Of a stretch of 63,798 bases of DNA, positions 38,870 to 49,418 are shown in pieces (the stretch's first letter is position 1; every line of letters begins with the position of its first letter). The notes beneath the pieces were generated by a model that was not told the DNA's origin, ran no database searches, and saw only the letters and a program-made list of their open reading frames with translations. The translations under genes and the position numbers were made by a program. The stretch spans positions 1 to 63,798 of the forward strand of contig JAZKBX010000100.1 of NCBI GenBank assembly GCA_040388455.1. Direction: 5' to 3'. The DNA comes from Bacteroidota bacterium. Lineage in GTDB: Bacteria; Bacteroidota; Bacteroidia; 2-12-FULL-35-15.

Positions 38870-39853
38870 TTATCCACCAATGCTTATCATACTTCTTTCA
38901 TGTGTTACAGTGGTCTGATTCCCCCAGTTTTTAGTTTCATTATTCCCGCCTAGCATAAACGATTTACCTTGAACACATTCCTTAATAAGGGGTTCAATAT
39001 CATTACCAAGGCGCAAAGAAGTGAGAAGATCGGTTCCTGCTTTTGCAAAAAGGCAATTATACATTTTACCATCGGAAGTTAGGCGCATACGGTTGCAACC
39101 ATTGCAAAAAGGCTCGGACATTGTACTTATTATTGCAAAAGAGCCTTTGTGATTTGGAACAAAATATTTTTTTGAGGTATCATTCTTTTCATTCAATAAT
39201 TTAATATAATGATACTTTGAAGAAATAATATTTAAGATCTGCTTATGAGAAAACACTTTCTCACTGCTCCATTTGTTTCCTGTAAAAGGCATAAATTCTA
39301 TGAAACGAATGTGTACCGGAACATCTTTTGTCCATTGAATGAACTCCGGAATTTCAGAGTCATTTACATCTTTCATCACAACTACATTCACTTTTACATG
39401 AAAATCATTTGCTACTAACAATTTAATATTATCGGTTACGCGATCAAATTTATCTCTTTGAGTGATTGAAAAATACTTTTCTTTGATAAGAGAATCCAAA
39501 CTTACGTTCACAGATTTTAATCCTGCTTCTTTAAAGGTTTCAATAAATTCATTTACAAAAACTCCATTGGTGGTAATGGCAAGCTCAATAGGATATTTTG
39601 AAAGCCTTAGAATGATTTCTTTTGCATCTTTTCTTACTAAAGGTTCTCCGCCAGTAAGACGAATTTTTTTTACTCCGTTTTTAACAAAAACGGAAACAAT
39701 TTGATCAATTTCATTCGCAGTCATTCGTGATGAATTCGCGAAAAACCCTTTTGCTAAATCGTTGGGATTGCAATAGGAGCATCGCAAATTGCATTTATCG
39801 GTGAGCGATATGCGCAGGTAATCATGAATACGGTTGAATTTATCTTTAAGCAT
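38870..39853 (-). CDS. moaA: GTP 3',8-cyclase MoaA (radical SAM)
   Basis: YLRISLTDKCNLRCSYC; C-terminal C..C...R.T..G; ends in GG. Start at MLKDKF (39853) preferred over 39877. Confidence 0.9.
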   Translation of the reverse strand: MLKDKFNRIHDYLRISLTDKCNLRCSYCNPNDLAKGFFANSSRMTANEIDQIVSVFVKNGVKKIRLTGGEPLVRKDAKEIILRLSKYPIELAITTNGVFVNEFIETFKEAGLKSVNVSLDSLIKEKYFSITQRDKFDRVTDNIKLLVANDFHVKVNVVVMKDVNDSEIPEFIQWTKDVPVHIRFIEFMPFTGNKWSSEKVFSHKQILNIISSKYHYIKLLNEKNDTSKKYFVPNHKGSFAIISTMSEPFCNGCNRMRLTSDGKMYNCLFAKAGTDLLTSLRLGNDIEPLIKECVQGKSFMLGGNNETKNWGNQTTVTHERSMISIGG

Positions 39854-39880
39854 GATTAATCTTTTTTTGTAGATCATTTT

Positions 39881-40057
39881 TTAATCAACATTTTCACCTT
39901 TTGAACTGTTTTTAAATTCATTAATTCCTTTTCCTAATCCTTTCATTAACTCTGGAATTTTTTTGCCTCCAAAAAGTAATAGAATTATAATTCCAATGAT
40001 TATTAATTCAGTACCACCTAAACCAAATATCCCTATTATCATTATTAATGTATTCAT
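39881..40057 (-). CDS. tatA: Twin-arginine translocase subunit TatA/E (58 aa, below the ORF-track cut-off)
   Basis: Reverse translation gives [58 protein letters not shown], with the classical LLFG.KK.P....G....FK pattern. Confidence 0.8.
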   Translation of the reverse strand: MNTLIMIIGIFGLGGTELIIIGIIILLLFGGKKIPELMKGLGKGINEFKNSSKGENVD

Positions 40058-40059
40058 CT

Positions 40060-40629
40060 TTAGTTTTGTTTTTTTGTAATGGTAACTAATAAATTGGATA
40101 ATTCATTGTAAAACTCAATGGGTTCGGCAGTTTGTAATTTCGCCTGGAATTTTTCTCCAAGTTCGGTTAGATGTGAATACATGAATTTCTGGTAGGCATC
40201 TTCAACAATAAATGATTGTTCTTCATCTTTTGCTAAAGCCTTTTTTACCGAGAGCAATGAAGCGAATTCTAATTGATATATAATTGAATCAGGACTGTCA
40301 CCACTTTTTGCATTCATGCCGAACGCTTTGTAAAATGCCGCAGCATCTGCTACGCAGTTCATTTTTTCACAAACAGCGGTTTCTGTTGTTGGAATTGTAC
40401 CTTTCAAAAACACCCTGGAATATTCTCTTAAAATTTCTTTATAATCCATGTTTTTTTGTATGGATCTCAAATATCCATGAATTTCTAGATCCAGATCACC
40501 ATCTTTTAATAGGTCATCAATGATAGAATCTATGTCATCACATTTTTCCTGATCCGGATATGAAAAGCCCATACTCAGTATCCTGAACAAATCGGCTTTT
40601 ATTAAATTTTTGTCTATTGCAGTTTTCAT
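40060..40629 (-). CDS. TorD/NarJ/DmsD-family redox-enzyme maturation chaperone
   Basis: 189 aa all-helical; position between gamma and tatA; ..Y...F pattern. Confidence 0.7.
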   Translation of the reverse strand: MKTAIDKNLIKADLFRILSMGFSYPDQEKCDDIDSIIDDLLKDGDLDLEIHGYLRSIQKNMDYKEILREYSRVFLKGTIPTTETAVCEKMNCVADAAAFYKAFGMNAKSGDSPDSIIYQLEFASLLSVKKALAKDEEQSFIVEDAYQKFMYSHLTELGEKFQAKLQTAEPIEFYNELSNLLVTITKKQN

Positions 40630-40635
40630 GTTTTT

Positions 40636-41523
40636 TTATTTTTGTGTAGTGAGATCGATCCATTGTGAATAATGTTTTTTTCCACTTATATTTTCAAAAT
40701 GTCCGTTCCAGATTGCGAACGCAATTTTTGTTGGTATAGTCAGGGGAGCATCATCCTTATCAGGTGAAACCATAGGGCGGGTAAAAATCACTTTCCAGGT
40801 ATTGTTTTCCCATACACCCCATGCAGTGGCATTCTGATTGGTTTGAGTTGTGAGGGTTCCAAAACTCTCTGCCATACATTCTTCAGAAGGTTCTTTTCTA
40901 TCAAAGATGGACATTGGATTTCCTGCATAGGCTGCGGGCATGAAATTTTTGCCGGCCCCTTTAGAATAATCAAGTGCTGAAATATCTTTTGCAAACTTCC
41001 CTTTGGTTCCATCCCCTTCTTTTTCTGCCATTGGATAAATATCTGCCCAGTAATTCGGATATGCATCCTTCACGTCACGGAAGCCGTTTTCAACATCATG
41101 CTGCCAAATTGCTTTCCAATGAATGATATGCACTCGTCCATTTTTGTTACCCATCATAAAAATCGGAAGGGTGTCAGGGTGCATCGGTAATTGAATTGCC
41201 ACTTGGTCGCAGAACTTATCTGCCTCAACAATCATATCTTTTGTTGAATCAGTCCACTCCAATAAAAAAGCTATAGTGGTTCCATCATTAATGGATTTTA
41301 CTTTTATGTTTTTTACTGATGGAATAGTTAACATCGGAGTAGTGATGTTTTGTGGAAGCACAGGAATAGTAGTCGCTTGGATATCCTTCCATACTGCATT
41401 ATTTACTTCACGAAAAGGAATGTTCGCTGCTTTCCCCGATTTTATTATGATTGCAGTTGGTTGGGCAGTTGCAATACTCTCTGACAGTGCTGTTATTGCC
41501 GCTAGAAAAATTAGTTTTTTCAT
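40636..41523 (-). CDS. Periplasmic haem-b gamma subunit, ethylbenzene-dehydrogenase (EbdC/NxrC/SerC)-like
   Basis: Sec signal peptide, no further TM, ~270-aa beta-rich domain, downstream of beta. Confidence 0.65.
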   Translation of the reverse strand: MKKLIFLAAITALSESIATAQPTAIIIKSGKAANIPFREVNNAVWKDIQATTIPVLPQNITTPMLTIPSVKNIKVKSINDGTTIAFLLEWTDSTKDMIVEADKFCDQVAIQLPMHPDTLPIFMMGNKNGRVHIIHWKAIWQHDVENGFRDVKDAYPNYWADIYPMAEKEGDGTKGKFAKDISALDYSKGAGKNFMPAAYAGNPMSIFDRKEPSEECMAESFGTLTTQTNQNATAWGVWENNTWKVIFTRPMVSPDKDDAPLTIPTKIAFAIWNGHFENISGKKHYSQWIDLTTQK

Positions 41524-41570
41524 GTTTCGTTTTTTTATAATTATTAATCCTTTTGAAATTAATTTTTATT

Positions 41571-42701
41571 TTAAGGAGTATTGTGTCTGAAAGTTCCATG
41601 GTCTTTATCATCGTATGGTCTTACATAAACGGGTTCTGTCATTGGAACTTTTGTTACCACTTCTCCTTTTTCATTGTACCCTACCGTAAAATCTCCTTCT
41701 CTTTTGTAATGATGAATTGTTTTTGGCGAGTTACCGAATAAAAGAAAAGCAGCAAGTAGATCTTTATCATTTTTGAGGTTTTTATACATTTCAACCGCTT
41801 CGTCAACTCCCGGACCAAACATTTGATGTAAAAAATCTTTAGGTACATGGATTGGTGGGATGTAATATACATTGGGCTCTGTTCCGTACTGCGGATACAA
41901 TGGCAAAGCAATTTTTTTGATGTGTACAATTTGGTCAATCGGGTTGTCTGCTTTTGCTTCCCCAGGTTTGCTCAGGAATCCCTGCATCCTGATTTTCCCT
42001 ATACATGTTTGAACACAACGAGGTTGTTCGCCTTGCTCTATCAATGGATAGCAACCGATACATTTTTCAGATACACGTGTTACCATATTGAAAAATGTTT
42101 TTTTATACGGACAAGCTTTTATACATTCTTTGTATCCCCTGCAACGGGATTCATCAATTAAAACAATTCCATCTTCGGGTCTTTTATAAATTGCTTTTCT
42201 TGGACATGCCGCTAAACATGCAGGATAAGTGCAATGATTGCAGATACGTGCTAAATAAAACATCCAGGTATCATGTATTCCGTTAAAAAAAGCTCCTTTG
42301 TTTACAATGGAAGAACACTCATCTTCGCCCATGTTTGGAAATGCGTAATCTCTTTCAGCAGGTCTCCATCCATTTACATTTTCTCCTTTGGTGTCGTCAA
42401 AAATAGTTTTGCCTTTGTATTCTCCACTCGCTTTATCCCACGATTGCTCCCCCATCATTTTAAGTGTATTCACATCCCACTTTAATGGATATCCACCGTA
42501 TGGTTTTGTTTCCACATTGTTGAAGAACATTGTTTCTTCGCCCTTACCGGAGGTCCAGGTTGTTTTACATGCAACAGTACATGTTTGACATGCGATACAT
42601 TTATTGGTATCAAAAACAAATGCTATTTGTTTGTTGGGTCTGTTGTCATCATAAGGATATTTCATATCCCTTTTTAGCTGCCAGTTTTTTACTTGTGCCA
42701 T
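41571..42701 (-). CDS. Fe-S (3x[4Fe-4S]+[3Fe-4S]) electron-transfer beta subunit, NarH/NxrB-like
   Basis: FDTNKCIACQTCTVAC; ICNHCTYPACLAACP..AIYKRPEDGIVLIDESRCRGYKECIKACPYKK..SEKCIGCYP, near-collinear with NarH as I recall it. Confidence 0.9.
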   Translation of the reverse strand: MAQVKNWQLKRDMKYPYDDNRPNKQIAFVFDTNKCIACQTCTVACKTTWTSGKGEETMFFNNVETKPYGGYPLKWDVNTLKMMGEQSWDKASGEYKGKTIFDDTKGENVNGWRPAERDYAFPNMGEDECSSIVNKGAFFNGIHDTWMFYLARICNHCTYPACLAACPRKAIYKRPEDGIVLIDESRCRGYKECIKACPYKKTFFNMVTRVSEKCIGCYPLIEQGEQPRCVQTCIGKIRMQGFLSKPGEAKADNPIDQIVHIKKIALPLYPQYGTEPNVYYIPPIHVPKDFLHQMFGPGVDEAVEMYKNLKNDKDLLAAFLLFGNSPKTIHHYKREGDFTVGYNEKGEVVTKVPMTEPVYVRPYDDKDHGTFRHNTP

Positions 42702-42759
42702 GATAATTTCTGTTTTTAGTTAAACTATTACTAAATAATTCGGTGCTTAATATTTAAGA

Positions 42760-45700
42760 TTATGTATTATAATAACCGCCCTTCATATACTTTTTCAATT
42801 CCTCACTTTCATAAGTCGGGCGAATTCCTTTTTCTGCACCTTCCCATAATCCTTTTCCATCAAGCCCGCCTTTTTCTGCAAATGTTACTTTTACAAATGA
42901 TTCTCTTGGCGCTCCCGTTGCGCCATGAACGTCCAGTTCAAATCCTTTACCTACCATTTGTCCGAAGTGGTTTTTCCTTACTAATGAATCAGTAAGAAGT
43001 GTTGGATTTAACCAGGCCCTGGTACAACTTTGATGTGATCCTCTCCGGAACAATGATTGATAACCGGTTTTTTCATTTTTTGCTAAACCTGTTGCATCTT
43101 TTTTTGAAGCCGCAACCGAACCGTAAGTGGCACCGTAAGCATTGTGCCACATTCTGAGAACACCCATGGGAGTTCCGGGGTAGTATCTTGCACGGCACAA
43201 TAAGCGGGAAAGTTCATAAGCATCCGTGTTTTTTTTCTGTTGCCACCCTCGGAATGGACGATCCTCGGGATCAGCATCTACATATACATAATCACCATCT
43301 TCCACTCCAAGTGCTTTGGCATCATTAGGGTTGATATCCACATACATTTCGGTCACGAATGGGGTACGTTTATCAGCTCTGTGCATGTCGCCAAATGGAC
43401 CAAACCAAACCGCTACGATATCTGTATCTACGGGCGTTGTATGTGCACCGTGTCGATATTTTGGTGTGTGGAAAATAAATTTATATTCTTTATCTGCTGT
43501 GGTTAATGGATGTTTCGTTAACTTTTCCTCACTCCAGGGTTTTACAACGTTTCTTCCCTGACGCACATCACCGGACATATTGTCTCTTGAAACACCATAG
43601 CTTTCGGGTGAAGCCGGTTTGATGGCCGGATGCGGATTTGAAACAATCACATTTGGTTCATAGAAAGTTGAATCAATCGGTTCTCTGTGTACAGGCATAT
43701 TTTCACCTGCGGCTAAAAATTCTGCTTCATCCCGGTAGAATTCTAATCGTCCTGTTTTTGTATACCATTGTTTCTCTTCGGCAACTTGCTCATAACCGCT
43801 ATGTTTAGGATACGTCCTTGACATCAATAAAGAGGGAATACCTTGTTTCGCTTTTGCTTCTATTTCCAATACATTATAACCTTTGGTTGCAGGACTCAGA
43901 TCAAATACTCTCTGTAAATAGACTTCAGGTTTTCCTTCATTCATAAATTTGAAATAATCGCTGAAACGTTTATCTCCTGTCAGTTTTGCCATTGCATTAG
44001 CAATACCTGCAATGGCTTCGAGATCCCCTTTGGTATCATAGATTCTTGCTAAAGGAGTTCTTGGATAAACATATAAGAATGGATTTGTTACCGACATGGT
44101 AGCATCCGGTGATTTGAATTCGCCCCAGGAATCCACACCAAAAACAATATCAGCATACTCACAAGAACCTGTCCACCACCAATCAAATACGCCTATAAAT
44201 TCTACTTTTGGGTAAGAGTTTACAACTGCTTCATAGTGTCCTTTATTATTTGCCAACAATGAATTACCATTGGAAACCATAACGGATTTGGTAGGTGTAG
44301 GCATGTGTGTATCTCCTGTTAATACTTTGTTACCTACTTTTAACATACGATCACTGTTGTTGAAAAAATGTGCGGATTCGTATGAGAAATATTTTTTGAC
44401 ATCAGCCGGTTTTCCTTCTTCCATTTGAATATTAAATGGATTCTCTAAAATATACGAAGGAAGGCCGCTGAAGTATGCAGCACGGTAATTGCCCGAAAAA
44501 CTTCCAACGTTGCCCCCAACTCTTCCAATATTTTTTGTCAAGGAGGCAAGTAATAGAACTGTTCTGTCTTTCAATACATTGTTAAAAAACTGGTTCGGGC
44601 CCATTCCCATTGCGAATAATGTTTTACCAGAATTTTTTGCGATGTCTCTTGCAATGGTTTTAATACCTTCTACCGGTGCCCAGGTTATTTCAGAAACAAT
44701 TTCAGGTGTAAAGTTTTCATTCACGTACTGTTTAATTAAATCGAAAACAGTTCTCACTTCCACTTCCTTCCCATCTAATAATGTTACTTTATACTTACCT
44801 TCAAGTGATGGGAAAATGCCTTGTGCATTCATTTTTTTTCCATAATCATCTCTACAGATTGGTTTAGCAGCATTTAGTTTTTCATCCCAGATCATAAAAT
44901 CTCCCCAGTCCTTTCTATCTTTATCGGAAACAAAGGCACCCGCTTGTTTTAGCATAGGAGTTGCTTTTTCTCCATCTTTCATTACATGGATATAATCAAC
45001 GATATCTTTATTCTGGTAATCTTTTATTACCTCAGTGGGTTTTAAGAATTGATTATTATCCATTCTTACCAGGAAAGGCATATCTGTGAATTTCTTCACA
45101 TACTCAACATCAAATAAGTTTTCATTGATAATAACATTAGTAAAGCCCAATGCTAAAGCAGGTGTAACTCCTGGTCGAACGATCAATACATTATCTGCTT
45201 TGTTTGCTGTGGCACTGTATTCACAAGCAATTACAGTAACTTTTGCACCTTTCATTCTTGCTTCTGTGAGCCAATGTGCATCCGGCATTTTTGTGGTGAT
45301 CCAGTTCATCCCCCAAACCACAATATGGTCGCTATGTTCAACACAAACCAAATCATAATCCATCGCTTGCTGGCCCGTTACCATTGCATGGCCCGGAGGT
45401 AAATCTGTATGCCACGCAAAACTATCCCAGGCTCTGGCACCTTTAGCCTCCTCGGGACTGCATTTATTTATTTTTGAATCAAGCAATGCAAGTGAATTTG
45501 CAAAACGATTCATGCCAAAAATCCTGGTAACACCTAATGCCGCCATCCCACCTCTGAACTTCAATACCTGAACTCCTTTTCCATGTGTAGCTTCAATCAT
45601 TTCAGGAGCATAGCCTTGTTCTTCCAGGTATCTTTTCCCTTTTTTTCCGTTATAAGTGGTAGCGATATTTTGCAATACCTTAGCAGTTAATTCAGAAGCT

Positions 45701-46239
45701 TCCTCCCAAGTGATTTTCACGAAAGGTTCTTTTCCTCTTCCTTCAAAATATTTTGCAGGTGCTTTACCATTACTTTCTCTTGGGAATCCATCTTTTACCC
45801 ATAACAAAAATCCTTCGCGTGCAACAGGCGATTTAACCCTTCTGTCGCCATAAAATCTTCTGTGCAGTGCCAATCCTTTTTGGCAGCAACGTGGCTCCCA
45901 CCTTGCCGATGCTTTGTTGCCCTGCAAATCTTCTGCGTGTGAAAATCCAAAACTTGGTGCAATACGCACTATGGTGTCATTTTTTACATGTGCCTTCAAT
46001 AAACAATTATGCGTGTCGTTGGGAGCGCAGAGGAAAGTAAATTCACTTTCATGCTTCCATAAATCCCGGTATGTTTTTTCCCAATCACGATTAGGGTATG
46101 CTGCAAGTGGGTTTTTAACATCAACGGGATCAAAAAATGCAAAAGTTTTGCTGAACCCTTGAGCTTCTAATTGAGATACAACAATTGCACCCATCGCTGC
46201 AAGGGAAACATTTCGGAGGAATTTTCTTCTACTGTCCAT
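42760..46239 (-). CDS. Tat-exported bis-MGD molybdoenzyme catalytic subunit, NarG/NxrA-like (type II DMSO reductase family)
   Basis: SRRKFLR twin-Arg signal; [14 protein letters not shown] (NarG RDWEDGYRQRWQHD); FS0 segment C71-x3-D75-x3-C79..C119; TKMPDAHW (NarG TRTPDAHF, Mo-ligand Asp); 1159 aa. Confidence 0.9.
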   Translation of the reverse strand: MDSRRKFLRNVSLAAMGAIVVSQLEAQGFSKTFAFFDPVDVKNPLAAYPNRDWEKTYRDLWKHESEFTFLCAPNDTHNCLLKAHVKNDTIVRIAPSFGFSHAEDLQGNKASARWEPRCCQKGLALHRRFYGDRRVKSPVAREGFLLWVKDGFPRESNGKAPAKYFEGRGKEPFVKITWEEASELTAKVLQNIATTYNGKKGKRYLEEQGYAPEMIEATHGKGVQVLKFRGGMAALGVTRIFGMNRFANSLALLDSKINKCSPEEAKGARAWDSFAWHTDLPPGHAMVTGQQAMDYDLVCVEHSDHIVVWGMNWITTKMPDAHWLTEARMKGAKVTVIACEYSATANKADNVLIVRPGVTPALALGFTNVIINENLFDVEYVKKFTDMPFLVRMDNNQFLKPTEVIKDYQNKDIVDYIHVMKDGEKATPMLKQAGAFVSDKDRKDWGDFMIWDEKLNAAKPICRDDYGKKMNAQGIFPSLEGKYKVTLLDGKEVEVRTVFDLIKQYVNENFTPEIVSEITWAPVEGIKTIARDIAKNSGKTLFAMGMGPNQFFNNVLKDRTVLLLASLTKNIGRVGGNVGSFSGNYRAAYFSGLPSYILENPFNIQMEEGKPADVKKYFSYESAHFFNNSDRMLKVGNKVLTGDTHMPTPTKSVMVSNGNSLLANNKGHYEAVVNSYPKVEFIGVFDWWWTGSCEYADIVFGVDSWGEFKSPDATMSVTNPFLYVYPRTPLARIYDTKGDLEAIAGIANAMAKLTGDKRFSDYFKFMNEGKPEVYLQRVFDLSPATKGYNVLEIEAKAKQGIPSLLMSRTYPKHSGYEQVAEEKQWYTKTGRLEFYRDEAEFLAAGENMPVHREPIDSTFYEPNVIVSNPHPAIKPASPESYGVSRDNMSGDVRQGRNVVKPWSEEKLTKHPLTTADKEYKFIFHTPKYRHGAHTTPVDTDIVAVWFGPFGDMHRADKRTPFVTEMYVDINPNDAKALGVEDGDYVYVDADPEDRPFRGWQQKKNTDAYELSRLLCRARYYPGTPMGVLRMWHNAYGATYGSVAASKKDATGLAKNEKTGYQSLFRRGSHQSCTRAWLNPTLLTDSLVRKNHFGQMVGKGFELDVHGATGAPRESFVKVTFAEKGGLDGKGLWEGAEKGIRPTYESEELKKYMKGGYYNT

Positions 46240-46351
46240 ATTTTTAAGATTTATTTTGTATTTGCAAAAAACAGTTATTTCCTAAATTGTTTTTTAATTT
46301 TTTTTACTGAAAAATTGCATCTGTTATTAATTTATTTTACCGCTCACAATA

Positions 46352-46765
46352 TCATGGCTTTGCTGTTTTTGGCTTAGTCTGCGACTGCGGCTGTGGTTTT
46401 TTTGCTGTTACTACTTGTTGTGGGCCACTTTGTGATTTGATATAACCTACGATCGCTTTAATATCAGTATCTTTTAAATCCAGAAAATCCGGCATTACAA
46501 TAGAGTTGTATTCAAGAAATAATGCTTTAGCTTTTGCATCCCCTGAATTAATAACAGATTGAGAGGATTTGATCCACTTCACCAAATAGGTGGCATTGTA
46601 TTTTGAATGTACTCCTTTTAAATCAGGGCCGACCAAACGCCCGTTACCAATAGAATGACATGCCGCGCATTTGGAAGCAAAAATTGCTGGACCATCCTGC
46701 GCTTTTGCAGAAAAAAATAAGGCGAATAAAACAACAGTGATCGGAAGAATTAGTTTCTTTTTCAT
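46352..46765 (-). CDS. Monohaem c-type cytochrome with a Pro/Gln/Lys-rich C-terminal tail
   Basis: Signal/anchor, CAACH, distal MPDF; first gene of the molybdoenzyme operon. Confidence 0.85.
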   Translation of the reverse strand: MKKKLILPITVVLFALFFSAKAQDGPAIFASKCAACHSIGNGRLVGPDLKGVHSKYNATYLVKWIKSSQSVINSGDAKAKALFLEYNSIVMPDFLDLKDTDIKAIVGYIKSQSGPQQVVTAKKPQPQSQTKPKTAKP

Positions 46766-46877
46766 GATATAAGTTTTTTAGTTGTGAGTATTAAATTTCT
46801 TGACAAACATAGAAGGAAAAAAAAATGCAAAAAATGATAAACGATGGTTTGAAATCTGATATTGGATGGTTGCGAAT

Positions 46878-46891
46878 ATGATGTATATCAT
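46878..46891 (-). promoter_or_regulatory. FNR/CRP-type box ATGAT-GTAT-ATCAT upstream of the cyt c/molybdoenzyme operon
   Basis: Perfect half-sites, 113 nt upstream of the start at 46765; 56.5 nt from the G of a minus-strand TTTG (46828). Confidence 0.6.
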
Positions 46892-46978
46892 AAAATGGCG
46901 TTTTGTATGGTCTTTTTGGTTTGATTATCAGGTGATTAAAATAGAGGTTCGTTGTGGATATGTTGGAAATAAAAACAA

Positions 46979-48292
46979 TTATTGCTTGAGGAAGTTGGGC
47001 TTAAATGTGACCATAATAAATGCCCAATTACTTATCTGATCTGTACGTCCATCTTTTTTCCAATCCAAAACTCCTTTTAGTATCCCCAATGTTTCGGTAG
47101 GTAAAAATTGTGAATAGCCGGCCGTAATCAATACTCCACCAGATAGAATATAACTTGCAGTAACATCTATTTCAGTACCTAACGAATTGCTCATGGCGGT
47201 GTATTTTCCTGTTTTGATCAATTCTTTTGGATCAAGAACATCAGCGGCCGACATGAATTCATGGACATCGAAGGAAGCATTCCATTTTTCTGTTTTATAT
47301 TTCACCTTTAAATAGAGGTCTTGTAAACCAACATTATCAATATGGTTTCCTACATAAAAATAATCCATAGTGCCATTGAACGCATGGTTGGTACCAAAAA
47401 TGGGATTGAATGAATGGTTAATTTCTTTATAAGTTTTTGAGGTATCTGTACCGCTTTGTCCCGAAATGTATTCATAACCTAATCCAATTGAAATTTTTTC
47501 TTTAATAGAGTAAACGGCATCAACACTACCAAGAATTGCGGCTGTCTGTTTTTTGTTTTTGTCAACACCGGTTTGATAATAGAAATTGAGTCCAACAAAA
47601 AAAGGTTTGGCTTTGTATTCCGTATGTGATCCAATAGTTGTAATATAGCGTGTGCTGTTTATGGCTGCCGGAGACTGCTGGCCAACATTCAATGCTAATA
47701 AGCTCACTTTTATTTTATTTATATTTTTGTTCAGCCACAGGTATTGCATTTCTTTATAACTATTTGCGATAGCATAAGATGTTCCCACATAAGATTCTGA
47801 ATTCTGATTATAGGCAGCACCGGCATGACAAGTAAAAGTGCTGTCGGTATATTTTAGTAAAAAGGCATCGTGGCTTCTGCCTTGCTGCGCCCAGGCAACC
47901 CCACCTAAAATGCGTTCATCATCATACACAATTTCCTGACGACCCATTTTAATTGATACTTTTTTTGAAAAAAAATATTCGGCCCAACCTTGATTTAATC
48001 CCGATGTACTATTATCATAACTATTTAGTTGACTTTGACTTCCCCAGATCCTTATATCTTGTAATACAATTCCAACTTTGAAATTATCTGATTTATATCC
48101 AAAATTTAATCGCGTTCGCTGCGTAACGAACATAGCTGCTTTTTGAAGTGTATCAGCCGGAGATTTAAATCCATGGCGATATTCAAATCGTGGGCGTATT
48201 TCTCCCGTTAATGTCATTTGTGCATTTGCGATTGCGGCTGTTACAGCTATGATTGTTGTGGTCAGAGCTCCTATTAGTGTTTTTGTTTTCAT
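46979..48292 (-). CDS. Outer-membrane beta-barrel porin, alginate-export (AlgE)-like family
   Basis: Signal peptide; GEIRPRFEYR.. start; alternating beta-strand pattern; C-terminal aromatic-rich strand. Confidence 0.75.
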   Translation of the reverse strand: MKTKTLIGALTTTIIAVTAAIANAQMTLTGEIRPRFEYRHGFKSPADTLQKAAMFVTQRTRLNFGYKSDNFKVGIVLQDIRIWGSQSQLNSYDNSTSGLNQGWAEYFFSKKVSIKMGRQEIVYDDERILGGVAWAQQGRSHDAFLLKYTDSTFTCHAGAAYNQNSESYVGTSYAIANSYKEMQYLWLNKNINKIKVSLLALNVGQQSPAAINSTRYITTIGSHTEYKAKPFFVGLNFYYQTGVDKNKKQTAAILGSVDAVYSIKEKISIGLGYEYISGQSGTDTSKTYKEINHSFNPIFGTNHAFNGTMDYFYVGNHIDNVGLQDLYLKVKYKTEKWNASFDVHEFMSAADVLDPKELIKTGKYTAMSNSLGTEIDVTASYILSGGVLITAGYSQFLPTETLGILKGVLDWKKDGRTDQISNWAFIMVTFKPNFLKQ

Positions 48293-48396
48293 GATTTTTT
48301 GTTTTTACGAACAATTTGACTGCAAACCTAAAAGGAAGTTATTTTTTTTAATATGATTCTTAATTGCCAGAAACATGATTCGCGGTGGTAAATAAT

Positions 48397-48410
48397 ATGA
48401 TATGTGTCAT
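48397..48410 (-). promoter_or_regulatory. FNR/CRP-type box ATGAT-ATGT-GTCAT upstream of the porin gene
   Basis: 105 nt upstream of the start at 48292; no clear TTTG at the canonical spacing. Confidence 0.5.
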
Positions 48411-48477
48411 ACAATAGAACTAATGCAATTTGCAAGAAACTCTTGTGCTATTTTTTTAGTTTAAAATTTATTGGAAT

Positions 48478-48491
48478 ATGAGATATATCAT
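48478..48491 (+). promoter_or_regulatory. FNR/CRP-type box ATGAG-ATAT-ATCAT (FNR paralogue 2 promoter)
   Basis: Centre is 36.5 nt from the G of TtacTTTG (48521). Confidence 0.6.
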
Positions 48492-48544
48492 CTTTTGTAG
48501 AAGAGATTCTTTTTTACTTTGCAGTATATTTTAAAGATTTGGAA

Positions 48545-49264
48545 ATGACAAAAAAGACAAATAAAATTAATGTTCCACATTGTTCACGATGCGATTCATT
48601 TAATTCTTCTATGTTTTGCTCTCTAAATATTGTTGAAGAATCAAATCTTTCTGATAATAAAGTTCATAATCTTTATAAAAAAGGGCAAATTGTTTTTTAT
48701 GAAGGACAGCAATCGAGAAATCTATTCTGTGTTTTTTCCGGAAAAGTAAAAATATTCAAATTAGGTGATGATGGAAAAGAACAAATAGTTCGTTTTGCAA
48801 AAAAAGGTGATGTTATTGGGTACAGAGCTCTTCTGGGAGGAGAGAAATATTTCGCATCGGCATCTGTAATGGAAGATGCTATGATCTGTAGTTTCCCCAA
48901 ATTTACAATTGACGAGTTGCTTAATTGTAACTCGAAATTTGCAATTCAAACGATCAAATTACTCTCCAAGGATTTAAGAATTGCAGAACAAATAATATTG
49001 AATATGGCTCAAAAGCCTGTAAGGGAGCGTATTGCTGAAGCATTGATAATGCTGAAACAATATTACGGCATTGATGAACTAACAGAAACCATTAATACAA
49101 CTCTAACACGCGAAGAAATTGCAAACATTGCAGGGACATCTACAGAAACGTGTATTCGTATTTTATCAGAATTCAATAGTGATCATATTATTAAGATCAT
49201 TGGTAAGAGTATAAAAATAACTAATATTCATAAGCTATTGCAAATAGCGAATGTGAGTGATTAG
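48545..49264 (+). CDS. CRP/FNR-family regulator with an FNR-type N-terminal Cys cluster (paralogue of 12249-12971)
   Basis: HCSRCDSFNSSMFC (C-x2-C-x8-C); HTH EIANIAGTSTETCIRIL; ends IANVSD like its paralogue (IANLSD). Confidence 0.85.
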   Translation: MTKKTNKINVPHCSRCDSFNSSMFCSLNIVEESNLSDNKVHNLYKKGQIVFYEGQQSRNLFCVFSGKVKIFKLGDDGKEQIVRFAKKGDVIGYRALLGGEKYFASASVMEDAMICSFPKFTIDELLNCNSKFAIQTIKLLSKDLRIAEQIILNMAQKPVRERIAEALIMLKQYYGIDELTETINTTLTREEIANIAGTSTETCIRILSEFNSDHIIKIIGKSIKITNIHKLLQIANVSD

Positions 49265-49418
49265 CATTTCGGATCAGCTGAGATTTTTGTTTGCTTTTCA
49301 AATTTTTTGTTGGCTTAGTCATTTCTTGAAAATATTCTTTCAATTTTTGAAAAAAAAATAGCTGACCAAAAAAGTAATAGAAAAAGTAATTGTTTCGAAA
49401 GTCTTATTTTATGCTTCT

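Noticed and set aside
42762-46162. Numerous 60-120 aa plus-strand ORFs inside the alpha-subunit gene (for example 43240-43506, 44489-44845, 45086-45358), and similar antisense ORFs inside nosD, nosF, nosZ, beta, NorB-like, moaA and others
   Set aside because: All lie antisense to, or out of frame within, long genes with strong family motifs. Their translations are low-complexity, and none has a promoter or box of its own.
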